Part shown: one piece after another, positions 51,777 through 62,000 of the stretch | Numbering within the stretch: the stretch's first letter is position 1 | Layout of the letters: each line of letters begins with the position of its first letter | From: Planctomycetota bacterium | GTDB taxonomy: Bacteria > Planctomycetota > JACQVV01 > JASMLP01 | Assembly (NCBI GenBank): GCA_030748635.1 | Contig: JASMLP010000027.1 | Location: 1,227 to 65,226 of the forward strand | Reading direction: 5' to 3' | Length of the DNA: 64,000 nt | Program-made: the position numbers and the translations under genes | Notes under the pieces: model-generated | The model's input: only the letters and a program-made list of their open reading frames with translations | Databases searched by the model: none | Told to the model about the DNA's origin: nothing

Positions 51777-53414
51777 TCAAGATCCCGGAAGTGGAGCGTT
51801 TTTCCAGTCGTCGATAAATACGTTGCAATAGTCGGTGCGGATTCCACAGGTACCCCAGGAAAAAGTGTCATCCTCGGATTCCAGGACCAATTTGCCGTTG
51901 ATATATAGTTTTTGGCTATTGCCACACACTTCAAATCGGAGGGTATACCAGGTGCGGGTGGACATCGGAGCGTAGGTGCCCTGAGCCAGAGTGGTGTATT
52001 TCTTGCAATGTTTTTTCTTGATGGAAATGTTGCCATCTTTCCGAAGGGAGGCGACATAGAGATCGTATTCGGTTTGGTATCGGGCGAAGAGATGAACGCC
52101 GGTAAAAAAGGGCGTATCACCCGAATGGAAGGTACGTACGTTGAATCGCGCCTCGTTGACCTGATTCGTCCATCGAACGAGTTTTGTGCCTGAGAGTGGA
52201 CGGGCAAGAACCCGGAAATTGTGGGTGGTTGTCCAGCCCCGAATCCAGCTCTGAATTTTTTTGGCTTCCAGGCGTCCAGACGTGACTTCCAGGTGGGATC
52301 GTTTGGATCTATTCGAAGCGGATTCGACCAGTTGACCGTCGCGATAGGAGTTGAAGTTTTCACCCGGCCATCCATAGGTCCCGGTGTCCCCTTTGGCGTA
52401 CGAGTTGTTGTTTCCGGGATAGGCGTCGTACGCATCGCTGTAGGTCGATTCACAGGCGCCGTCACCGGTTCCTACGGGATGGGTCGGGACTGGAGTTGTC
52501 GGGGAAGGGGGCGCAAGTCGTACCTCGAATTCGTCCATCACCCGGTTTTCATCTTTTCCCGTCTGGCTGGTGCTCGATCGCGGTCGGGACCAGAACCAGC
52601 GGCGCCGTGAAATGGAATAGCGAGCAGAGCGTCGGGAGGTTTGAATCCTCGCGCGGGATAGGTGGCGGGTGAATCGTCCCTGGGCCTTCTGATGGTTGAT
52701 TTCGCCTCCAAAGGTGGAGCGGATCGGACCGTATCGTGTGGAACGAGTTGTCTGGTAAATGGATCGGCCCAATTGTCGAGTGGTCTGGCGAGTGGTGGTG
52801 GCGAAGAATCCCGCTCCGGGCGGTGGGGTCGAGGCGGAAGAGCCCTGGATCCGTGGTTGAACCATGTCGCGTTCTACACGGGGAAGCCTCGGAGAAAGGA
52901 CTACGCGGTCGCTCCAGAAACTTTCAGCCTGGACGGAAACGCGTATTCGGGTAGGAACACCGCCGGCAAAAGACCAGTAGGATTTGGACTCCAACGATCG
53001 GTGAATCCGGGATGTGGGAGACCCGATGGACCAACCGCTAGAGGGGGTAAAGGAGAGAACTCGGCGACCGCGAACCTTGAGGTAGGCATCTCCTCCCGTA
53101 CTTCCTGATGTGGAGGCGCTGGAACGGATCGAAATCTCCATTCCCGGTAGTATTTGTCCTCTGAGTCGGGTCTTGAGCTCTATACGGGTTTCGATCTGGG
53201 CTCTGCGGGCGCCCGAAGCTTCCCGATCGTTGGAGAGGATTCCCGAGCCTTGAAATCGAAAGCCGAGATCCGAGTCGCCGATTTGGGTATCCCAACCGTT
53301 CAGGGAGTGAGAGTCAGCCCTGGCGAAGGGGGAACTGACCAGCGTCAACAGCGTAAGGCAGAAAAAACTTGCAGGATTCCAACGAGTTCGTGCGTGAGAA
53401 GACCGTTTGTTCAT
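51777..53414 (-). CDS. Secreted protein with an N-terminal beta-sheet region and a C-terminal ConA/DUF1080-like lectin-fold domain
   Basis: RBS GGAG; signal peptide ending ARA-D; YLKVRGRRVLSF; WYTLRFEVCG...LYINGKLV...D..FSWG.CGIR...VFIDDW. Confidence 0.65.
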   Translation of the reverse strand: MNKRSSHARTRWNPASFFCLTLLTLVSSPFARADSHSLNGWDTQIGDSDLGFRFQGSGILSNDREASGARRAQIETRIELKTRLRGQILPGMEISIRSSASTSGSTGGDAYLKVRGRRVLSFTPSSGWSIGSPTSRIHRSLESKSYWSFAGGVPTRIRVSVQAESFWSDRVVLSPRLPRVERDMVQPRIQGSSASTPPPGAGFFATTTRQTTRQLGRSIYQTTRSTRYGPIRSTFGGEINHQKAQGRFTRHLSRARIQTSRRSARYSISRRRWFWSRPRSSTSQTGKDENRVMDEFEVRLAPPSPTTPVPTHPVGTGDGACESTYSDAYDAYPGNNNSYAKGDTGTYGWPGENFNSYRDGQLVESASNRSKRSHLEVTSGRLEAKKIQSWIRGWTTTHNFRVLARPLSGTKLVRWTNQVNEARFNVRTFHSGDTPFFTGVHLFARYQTEYDLYVASLRKDGNISIKKKHCKKYTTLAQGTYAPMSTRTWYTLRFEVCGNSQKLYINGKLVLESEDDTFSWGTCGIRTDYCNVFIDDWKNAPLPGS

Positions 53415-53533
53415 AAGGATACTCCCCTCTTCTGGCCAGGGTACGGTTCCAGCGGGTGGTGCGCAAGAGAGCCTTCCTGCCCGAGAAACGATGAGTATGA
53501 TGAATCCATCATGGTGATATTCGAGATGAGCGG

Positions 53534-54178
53534 ATGAAAAGTGGGGTACGGGTCGCTGTTGTCGATTATGGAATGGGAAACCTTCTCAGTGTGAGGCACG
53601 CACTCCAGCGGATGGGAAAAGAGGTTCGAATCGTCTCGGACCCGGGGGAGCTTTTGGATGCGGACTCGCTCGTCTTGCCCGGAGTGGGGGCGTTTCGAGA
53701 TGCTATGGGGGAGTTGACGGCTAGGGAATTGGTTCAACCGATACGGGACTATGTGAGTTCCGGCCGCCCATTTCTCGGCATCTGTCTGGGGTTGCAACTG
53801 TTGTTCGAGCAAGGTGAGGAGGGGGGGCAGTCTGTTGAAGGGTTAGGAATTCTCGAAGGGGATGTGGTGAGAATCGAAGTCCGAAAGGACGTGGATGGTC
53901 GTCGTTTGAAAATCCCCCATATGGGCTGGAATCAGGTGCGATTCCGTGATTCCGGTCGTGAAAAGTTTCATGGGATACCGGACGAGAGTCATTTCTATTT
54001 TGTACATTCGTACCGAATCCGTCCGAAGGATGAATCGGTGGTTGCGGCAACCGTCTGCTACGGAACGGAATTTCCGGTCGCGGTAAGCCGCGAGAATCTT
54101 TTTGCGGTGCAATTCCACCCGGAAAAGAGTCAGGAATTCGGTCGGCGTCTGCTCGAAAACGTTCTGAGCACCGACTGA
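53534..54178 (+). CDS. hisH: Imidazole glycerol phosphate synthase glutamine amidotransferase subunit
   Basis: DYGMGNL, LPGVGAF, GICLGLQ, PHMGWN, YFVHSY, QFHPEKS. Confidence 0.97.
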   Translation: MKSGVRVAVVDYGMGNLLSVRHALQRMGKEVRIVSDPGELLDADSLVLPGVGAFRDAMGELTARELVQPIRDYVSSGRPFLGICLGLQLLFEQGEEGGQSVEGLGILEGDVVRIEVRKDVDGRRLKIPHMGWNQVRFRDSGREKFHGIPDESHFYFVHSYRIRPKDESVVAATVCYGTEFPVAVSRENLFAVQFHPEKSQEFGRRLLENVLSTD

Positions 54179-54208
54179 AGACAAACATCGCGGCGGCGGT
54201 GACCGACT

Positions 54209-55159
54209 TTACTCTGGGGTTTCGGAGTGACGATCCGAACGCTCGAATTTCTTCACATATACTTTGGTGAACCAGGTAAAGAAGACCAGAGCAAAGAGAA
54301 GGCCAACGGTTATCAACTGAACTTCAGTGCGAGCAAAGAGAGGTCGCTTCTGGAGAGAGCGTCGTTGATCGCTGGAATGGCTTCTGCGAACACGAGAAGG
54401 GTGAGAGGGCGAGGATTGCCTGGAGCGAGACTTCGTCTCGGCGGGAGCGGGCTTGGGCGGTTCATCCGCCGGTCGGAGGACGGTAGGTGCTCCTTCGTCG
54501 AATGTAGGGGCGGGAGAATCGAGAAAAGTCGCATAAGGCAGGACCTTGGGGTCTGGGGGGGAATCGGAGTCGAGGGGGAGTTCGGCGGACGATTCGACCG
54601 GGTGATGGATGGGAACCAGGACCGGCGCCTGGCACTGGGAGCAGAGGGGGTTGGGCAGGTCGACCGGATTTTCACAAGGACAGAAAATCTCACGGATACG
54701 AGGGTCGCCGGGGAGAGGACTCTTATGTCGTTCCCAGCAACGGGGACATTCGTGGTCCTTTTGGCCCGGACGAGCGGATATCCGGATTCGCTGGCCACAA
54801 TCGCAGCGGAATTTGATTCGAACCGCATCGGCGAGACGGAGATCGGGGGGAATGGGGGTCGTTCCGGGAGATCCCTGAGTCGATTGGATTGCCGGGCTCG
54901 GTTCGCGGTTGGGCTCTTCGGTCACCTCACCTGAGTTCGGCTCGCCTGCCTCCATGGGCGTGGCGCAGGCTTGGCAAGTCGATGTCCTTGGGGGAGAAGA
55001 GGTTCCGCAGAGACAGATCCACTCGACCACGCATGCATCCAGCGGGTCTGGGAAATTCTGATTGGTGGAACAGTGCGGGCAGTCGAAGGCGGTCCCAGCT
55101 TGGGACGTATTAGCGCGTACTTTGGCCCGGCATTCCTTGCATCGGAACTTGAGTTTCAC
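54209..55159 (-). CDS. Multi-zinc-finger protein with a C-terminal TM anchor
   Basis: Two tandem units, each with four Cys pairs (CKEC/CPHC/CLC/CQAC and CDC/CPRC/CPC/CSQC); Pro-rich linker; C-terminal TM. Confidence 0.7.
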   Translation of the reverse strand: MKLKFRCKECRAKVRANTSQAGTAFDCPHCSTNQNFPDPLDACVVEWICLCGTSSPPRTSTCQACATPMEAGEPNSGEVTEEPNREPSPAIQSTQGSPGTTPIPPDLRLADAVRIKFRCDCGQRIRISARPGQKDHECPRCWERHKSPLPGDPRIREIFCPCENPVDLPNPLCSQCQAPVLVPIHHPVESSAELPLDSDSPPDPKVLPYATFLDSPAPTFDEGAPTVLRPADEPPKPAPAETKSRSRQSSPSHPSRVRRSHSSDQRRSLQKRPLFARTEVQLITVGLLFALVFFTWFTKVYVKKFERSDRHSETPE

Positions 55160-55850
55160 TTCCCCATTGTCCCAGAACCGAGGAGGGTGCGCTATCTGCA
55201 AGTGACCAGATTCCTAAACCTTGCACCCGGGCGTTATGTTCCAGGCTCAGGAAACGCTGACGGTAACGGGTGTTGGGAGGATAGAACCGGGCCCGAGCGT
55301 GACCTAGGCGTAGCAATTCCTCGTTGACGCAGATCAGTTTTCCGTCCTGAACCGTGTAAACATAGGCCAGGAGACGGCGATAGCGGTCGAATTGTTCGAG
55401 ATCCAGCTCGAGAAAGACGGTTCCCGACGTGAGAAGTTTTCGGTTCAAGCTGGCGGCTTCTTTGCCGTAGGGCTCGACCGGACGGTTTGGATGGACGGTT
55501 TCAGGGGTGTCGACTCCGATATAGCGAACCGAGATGGTACGACCCCGGTACGGGATCTTGATGGTATCGCCATCGACCACGCGAATCACATTGCAGAGAA
55601 GAATGCCCATCGATTTGCTGATCGATTGGACCCGCTTCCAGGGATGAAGGTGGAAGTCGAGGATTCCGCTAATCCCGAGGTTGGTTGGAGCGCCCGCGGG
55701 GGACAAGCTCGAACATTTCGCAAGATCCGGAAGAACTTGCGGTCCTCGGTTGAGATGATTGAGGGGTTGGTCGTCAGCGAGTGTTGAGATCCCGGGAGCC
55801 GTGAGGCTAAGAACCAGGATGATCGCCGCCATGGATGTATACGTTTTCAT
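55110..55850 (-). CDS. Thermonuclease (SNase) family protein, exported
   Basis: VVDGDT, VRYIGVDTPE, DRYRRLLAYV, NEELLRLG, GLGIWS. Confidence 0.92.
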   Translation of the reverse strand: MKTYTSMAAIILVLSLTAPGISTLADDQPLNHLNRGPQVLPDLAKCSSLSPAGAPTNLGISGILDFHLHPWKRVQSISKSMGILLCNVIRVVDGDTIKIPYRGRTISVRYIGVDTPETVHPNRPVEPYGKEAASLNRKLLTSGTVFLELDLEQFDRYRRLLAYVYTVQDGKLICVNEELLRLGHARARFYPPNTRYRQRFLSLEHNARVQGLGIWSLADSAPSSVLGQWGSETQVPMQGMPGQSTR

Positions 55851-56354
55851 TAGATGGATCAAACCTCTTTGACCATAGTTCGCAAGAGTTTAGCACTGAA
55901 AACGGCCTCAGTCAAAACGGTTGTGGAAAATCTGGCTATTCGTAATTGAATGATTGTGGAAAGGTTGTTGGAAGATTGGGGAATCTCATATTTTGGAGTC
56001 GGAAGCTGTTTCCGCCCAGATTCAAAGGCGGATGGATCATCGGGTGATCAATTCTGGATTTTTTCGGAGCGAGACTCCGCTCGATCGGGTCGCCCCTTGT
56101 TCATCGGGCTGTGGGATGTTCGTTTTCGCCCGTTTTTCGGGTTGTGAGGTACCTGCTCCGAATGGTCGGCCCTCTGGGTTGGCCCTAAGTGACTGTAAGT
56201 AAAAGGGATAAGGTGAGTGCGTCGGTTCGGTGTCCAACGGGTCCGGTGTTTGCTCGTCCGGATTCGAAGAGTGATCCCTACGGTGTTGGCAGCGTTCGAC
56301 GATTGCGGCGGTTGCTCTGGGATTTCTGTTCATTTTTACTGGAGCGATTCGTTC

Positions 56355-57122
56355 ATGAAGTTATTTTGGGTAGGATTGATAGCAGTACTGTCTGTATCGG
56401 GAATCGGTTATGTCTTTTTGGATTCAGCGGGTGCGGATCCAGATCACGAGATCGGAAAAAAAAGAAATTTTGGCGGGAAAACCGGGAAGGATCGTGAGGA
56501 ACGGATGAGGGTTCAGCCTGAATTCGTGTTGCGGGGAATGGGCCTCGATCGTCTGATCGAACACCTTTTTCGGGGTGAAATCGTGGCTGATCCCCATTTC
56601 ATCGGCTCGTTGCGAGAACTCCCCGAAGAAGATAAAGGCGCCCTTTTTCGGGCTGTCTACGACGAACTGATCTCCGCATTGGCCCAGCATCGCGGTCGAA
56701 CTTTCACCTCGTATCAGGATGCTGTTACAGCGTTTGGACCGCTGGTCCGTCATGTCAAACGGACGATTTCGAACGATCCGGGCAGCTATTTGAGGCAGGT
56801 CGGCGCGTTGAGGTTTTCCCAGAAGGATCGGGAGGAGTTCGTCGAAGTTTTTCTGGACGCATTTACCGATGAACGGGATACCGCTCAGGCTGTCGAGTCC
56901 CTGGAGGTTCAAGAAGTTCAAAAGTTGTATCGTGAATTGGCTCGGCAGGCGGATTCAGATCTCCTGTTGCTGGTAGGGCGTTCGTTTTCTTCGGTGAAGG
57001 AGAAGCAGTGGGTCGCTCGTCGGATACTGGAAGCCTTGCGTCATGAAGTGACTCGTCACCCGCGTTCCTGGTTGCTTGAACGTGATACGACCGCAAGTCC
57101 CGGTTTGCCGGATGAGGATTGA
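56355..57122 (+). CDS. Hypothetical alpha-helical protein with an N-terminal membrane anchor
   Basis: RBS GGAG; MKLFWVGLIAVLSVSGIGYVFL; long ORF. Confidence 0.65.
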   Translation: MKLFWVGLIAVLSVSGIGYVFLDSAGADPDHEIGKKRNFGGKTGKDREERMRVQPEFVLRGMGLDRLIEHLFRGEIVADPHFIGSLRELPEEDKGALFRAVYDELISALAQHRGRTFTSYQDAVTAFGPLVRHVKRTISNDPGSYLRQVGALRFSQKDREEFVEVFLDAFTDERDTAQAVESLEVQEVQKLYRELARQADSDLLLLVGRSFSSVKEKQWVARRILEALRHEVTRHPRSWLLERDTTASPGLPDED

Positions 57123-57163
57123 TCCTCGAGGCGGTCCCGGTATGATCCGGGCGTTTCCATCTC

Positions 57164-59026
57164 ATGAATGCAACATCCCAAACCCCACTGAACCATCCTG
57201 AAGCAGAGTCGGAATCTCGAACCGGTTCAGGCGACTTGGATCCTTCACTCGATATTCTCGGGTGGGTCCGAATCTGCTGGCGGGAATTCCCCTGGAGATT
57301 TCCCGGATCGTTTTTCGTGGTCCTTGGTGGAATCTTTCTCGAAGGGGTGGGGATCAGTCTCTTTTTGCCTCTTCTCTCCTTGTTGGAAGAATCCGAAGCG
57401 GGGTCAAGGGGGCGGTTCGAGGAGTGGATTGCCGATCTGGCCCGGAGTGTTTCGATCCCTTTGACTCTCGAGGTTTTGCTGAGTGTGATCGCTTTGCTTT
57501 TTCTCGTGAAATCGAGTTGTCTCTTCGCTTCACGGTGGTTGGCATCATCGATGAGCGCCGAATACCGACGGAGGTGGCTCGAGAGGCTCTACGATTCCAC
57601 GTTACGAGCGCGGGTGGACTTTGCCAAGCAAGAGCGGACGGGCTCTCTCGTGGGAGTGATGACAGAAGAACTCGAGTTGATGGCTCATGCTGTGGTTTCG
57701 GTTCTGCTTCTGTCGGGATATCTGTTCACGATCGTGATTTACACCGTCATTTCGGTACTGATCGACTGGAGGATCTCTCTTTCGATCGTCACCTTGGGAT
57801 CGATCGGGTATCTGGGGATTCGAGGAGTTTTACAGAAGGGCAGGAGAATCGCTCACAGTCAACAGAAGTGTAGAGCGTCGATTCATTCCAAGATCGTGGA
57901 GACGATTCACGCTCTTCCTCTGATTAAGAGCATGGCCTGTGAACCCTTATTTCTCCGTCGAGTTCAAGAGGACGCTCGGGAAATGCGCGACCATGAAGTT
58001 CGGCTGGGATTTCAGGAATCTCTTCTGTGGAATGTGGGTGAGCCGGCGATCCTTCTTATGCTTTGTCTGGCTATTTACGTGGGAGTGACCTGGTTTCATA
58101 TGCCTCTTACGGTTTTTCTGTTGCTGGCTGGTTTGCTCTACCGTATCTATTCGCGAGTTAGCATGATTCCGCCTCTTTTGCACGATCTGAACGGTCGACT
58201 TCCTTCAGTGGAAACCGTGCAGAGAGCGTATGCCCGGTCTTGCGCGGCTCAAGAGTCTGTCGGGGGGACTCGTTCCCTTGGACGCTTTGAAATGCTTCGC
58301 CTCCAGGGACTTCACCTGGATCATGGTGATACCGCTATTTTGCGAGGAATAGATCTCGAGGTCGAGAAGGGACAGTTCCTGGCGTTGGTGGGGGTTTCCG
58401 GAGGAGGTAAAACCACACTTCTCGAGGTTCTGGGAGGGCTGTGGAGCGGATATCGGGGGACGTACCTGGTAAACGGATCGATCCCTTTCGCGGAACTGGA
58501 TCGTGTGTCCTGGAAGAGGCGGGTCGGATACGTCAGTCAGGAGACTCAACTTTTTCATGGAACCATCGAGGAAAATATCGCTTTCTTCGAACCTCCTGAT
58601 TCTTCGCAAGTTCGGAAAGCTCTGGATCAGGCTTGCGCGCTCGAGTTCGTAGAAGCTTTGCCGGATGGGATTTCATCGAAAGTGGTCGATCGCGGGGCTA
58701 GCTTTTCTGGAGGGGAAAGACAACGACTTGCCTTGGCTCGTGCACTGTATCGACAACCTGAAATTTTGATTCTGGATGAGGCCACCAGCGAACTGGATGT
58801 CGATTCCGAGCAGTTGATTCAGGACCTTCTGAAAACGCTACATGGCAAGGTGACGATCCTCGCCGCAGCCCATCGGCTCTCGACGGTGAGGGAGGCTGAC
58901 CGAATTCTGGTGATCGAATCCGGTAAAGTGATCGAGGAGGGCGATTTCGAGGGCCTGGTGAAACGTGATGGAACCTTTTCTCGAATGGTCCGTCGTTCGG
59001 AAAAGGGAATCAGCCTGAGTTCTTAG
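57164..59026 (+). CDS. ABC exporter with fused permease and ATPase (MsbA/PglK-like)
   Basis: N-terminal TM domain; GVSGGGKTT, FSGGERQR, LILDEATS, AHRLST. Confidence 0.93.
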   Translation: MNATSQTPLNHPEAESESRTGSGDLDPSLDILGWVRICWREFPWRFPGSFFVVLGGIFLEGVGISLFLPLLSLLEESEAGSRGRFEEWIADLARSVSIPLTLEVLLSVIALLFLVKSSCLFASRWLASSMSAEYRRRWLERLYDSTLRARVDFAKQERTGSLVGVMTEELELMAHAVVSVLLLSGYLFTIVIYTVISVLIDWRISLSIVTLGSIGYLGIRGVLQKGRRIAHSQQKCRASIHSKIVETIHALPLIKSMACEPLFLRRVQEDAREMRDHEVRLGFQESLLWNVGEPAILLMLCLAIYVGVTWFHMPLTVFLLLAGLLYRIYSRVSMIPPLLHDLNGRLPSVETVQRAYARSCAAQESVGGTRSLGRFEMLRLQGLHLDHGDTAILRGIDLEVEKGQFLALVGVSGGGKTTLLEVLGGLWSGYRGTYLVNGSIPFAELDRVSWKRRVGYVSQETQLFHGTIEENIAFFEPPDSSQVRKALDQACALEFVEALPDGISSKVVDRGASFSGGERQRLALARALYRQPEILILDEATSELDVDSEQLIQDLLKTLHGKVTILAAAHRLSTVREADRILVIESGKVIEEGDFEGLVKRDGTFSRMVRRSEKGISLSS

Positions 59027-59047
59027 GGCGAATTTGGGACGAGCGCT

Positions 59048-62000
59048 CTAGCGGGGTTGAGTAGGGGCTGGAATTCGAATTGTCGAAGGGAACCCCCATG
59101 CGCTGGCTTCGGGGCGGTCGATCGGACTCATGCGTGTTGGGGGAAGCTGATAGGTCCCCGGGATGGAGCATTCGATCAGGTAGCTGAAAAAGATCGTTTT
59201 CGATTTCGAGATCGTCTGGTGTAGATCGAGGGTGAGAGAGGGCTCGATTCGAAGAGATTCTTCGTCTTCTCGACTCATGGGGGTTGTGGCGATCAGGCGT
59301 GAGGCGGGGGGAAGAGGTTCTTCGAGACGGTAGGCGCCCGAAGCGAGAGGTGGGTCGGACACGAGTTGAACCAGGTAGGTTGTTGGTCCCAGAGAAGGTA
59401 CGGGAGTGAATCGCCGCTCAATACGGGAGGGGACATTGGGCTGTCGAAGAAGGGGCTGGTAGGCGATCGATAGAAAAATCGGGGAAGTTCCGTTCGAAAG
59501 TGTGGGAGAGAACAGACGAGAATCTGGAGATGATCCCTGGTAAGGGTGAATTTGTGGACCCCCAGATTGAGCTTTGATTTTCCATCGATCTGACCCTATC
59601 TGAATTTCCCAGGATGTTTCGGGGGAGAGGGAGGCGGGGTAGGGAAGACTGAGAATAGTGAGTAGGATTTCGAAGCTATTACGGTCGGTTCCCCATCCCG
59701 GACCTCGGGTTCGACGCGCGAGAAGATATCCGAAGCCACGAAGGATCTCTTCCGGGTGTGCCCCGGGGGAGGAGGAGAGTCCTCGAAGGACGCGATTGGT
59801 GATCGAGAAACTATCCTGCGACCATTCGGGATGTCCCTCGCGACCCCAGAAGGAGTACGGTTCACGAGTGTTCTTGCGATCCAGGATGCGGTTTCGGAGG
59901 GCGGTGGACTCCTCCTCCAGCTTCAATATCAGGCAGCATTCCAGCGCTATCGAAAGGCCACGAGAATCGATGGTTTCGAGAGGAGTCGAGGAGAGTAGTT
60001 GAATGCAACGATCGACGGATTCCGAGGGGTTGATCAAAGATTCGCAAAGGAGCAAGGACCACTGGCTGATGGGGTCCTGAGAGTCCTGACGATTCCGAAC
60101 GGTCTCCAGATAGCCGGCGATCATATTTTCTGGTATTGCGAGTCCCAAATTTCGGGCTCGGAGGATCTGCTCGAAAATCCAGGCGGTCTTCTGGAGGGGG
60201 CTATTGAAAAGCGAAGTGTCGGGGTCGGGTTCTGGCCAGTCTGGAAGTTCGGCGTGGAGTGCGTCCTGGATCGCTGAGAGTAGCCACGGAGGGGCGCCTC
60301 CAGGCCAGCGGCGGGACCATTCCAGGGCGAGAAAGGGGGCCAGACGACGGATGATCTTCGATTCCGCATCTCGGGATGCCGGGTGTGTCAGCGATTTCAG
60401 GAGTTCGGGAAGAAATGCCGCAGGGGATGGATATAGGTGCAGATGTGTGATCGTTTGGGGAAGCCACTCCGAGGTCCAACTTTTGGAGGGAGTGTGGGGG
60501 GAAAGTGTGCCAGAGACCAGTTCGGACCGACGCGTATTGGGAGACACCGTGCCAATATTGAAGGTCCAGGATTTTGGGCCGAGTTGAAAATGCTGGGGTC
60601 CGGGGCCGTTCAGAGGAGTCCATAGAGTCGTGGGCGAATCCGGTTCGAAGTGAATTTCCGGACTGGAACCGGTCGAGGATCGGAGCCGACCTCGGAAGGA
60701 GGACCGGGAACGGATTTCGATGGGGCACAGTGGGCGGTCACCGATCCGAAGAGTGCGGGGAATCCGAGCGTTCCAGGAGAGATTGCCCGGAGGGGGGAGC
60801 ACCTCTCGTGTTTCGATGAGTTTGTTGTTGGCGTCCGAATAGAAGGTCGAGCGAATCTTGTGGATTCCGCTTCGTACGTGGCGTACGCCGGGTGGAGAGG
60901 TGAGAGGTGGTTGTACAGGAGAGAAGGGGAGTATGGAACCGTCGGCGAGAGTCACTTGTAATCGATTCAGGAGGCCCGGTGGGGTTGCCGAGGGCAGGGA
61001 GTCGGACAGGAGGAGTTTTTGAAGTGCTGGAGTGGAAATGCGGTTCGGCGTGGAGACGATGAGAGAGTCCCGGTGAAATCGATAGGCAAGGTGATTTCGG
61101 GTGGCGAGGCGATCTAATACATGCCGAGCCGAAGCTCCACGAGTTTCGAAATCGACTCTTGTCGTGGACCAGTCGGATTGTTGTCGGAGGAAAGGATCTA
61201 ACTGAATTTCAATGCGGGTAGCGTACTCCAGGGAACGGAATGCCGTTTCAAGCAGTAATCCCTTCAGATTCAGAGGGAGAGTTCGTTCGATACGTTTTTC
61301 CGGATCTTGGGAGGAGAGGACTCCGGTTTTGGGCGCTCTTTCGATGGAGAGGGCTCGTCGTGCGGTTTCAGCAGCGTATTGAGCGGTGTCGTGATCCGGA
61401 AAATGACGAAGGATATCTTCAGCGAGCCAGATAGCGGTTCGGAATTCCTTCTGGCGAAGAGCGGTGAGCATATGAAGGGTCAGGGCATCGATGCGGCGAA
61501 TTGTGCTCCGGCGATCTCTCTGGGGGAGATAGACCGCTTGACCAGGAAAAGAGAGATCTTCCGAGAGGGTGAATCGTCCTGGTAAAGGGAAGAGAGAGAA
61601 GAAGGAGTGGATTCGCGGACTAGAAAGAAAATCCAGTGTTTCGGTGTATTCGAACAGTTTGGATGTGGGGAGAATTGTGGGGGGAGGAGATGACGCAAAG
61701 GTGCGATCGATCGTTTTCCATCCACTGGGAGTTTTGTGGTGCATTCGGAAATACACTTTTTCGCCTGGCAGTAGCGAAGGAAGTGAAAGGTCGAACCAGA
61801 TCGGTTGATCGGGTGTTAGGAGGCCACGGTGATGAAGGAGTTTGTTGGATGTTTCAGCCGTGAACCAGGCCAGGCTATGGGACGTCTCGTGTTGAAGGAG
61901 AACTCGGAAAGAATTTGGGTGATCCGGATGGCGTTCGATATCGAGATGGGGGCCAGGAACGCTCGGAAACGGAAGCTTGGAGCTTGAAGGCGGGAGTTGA

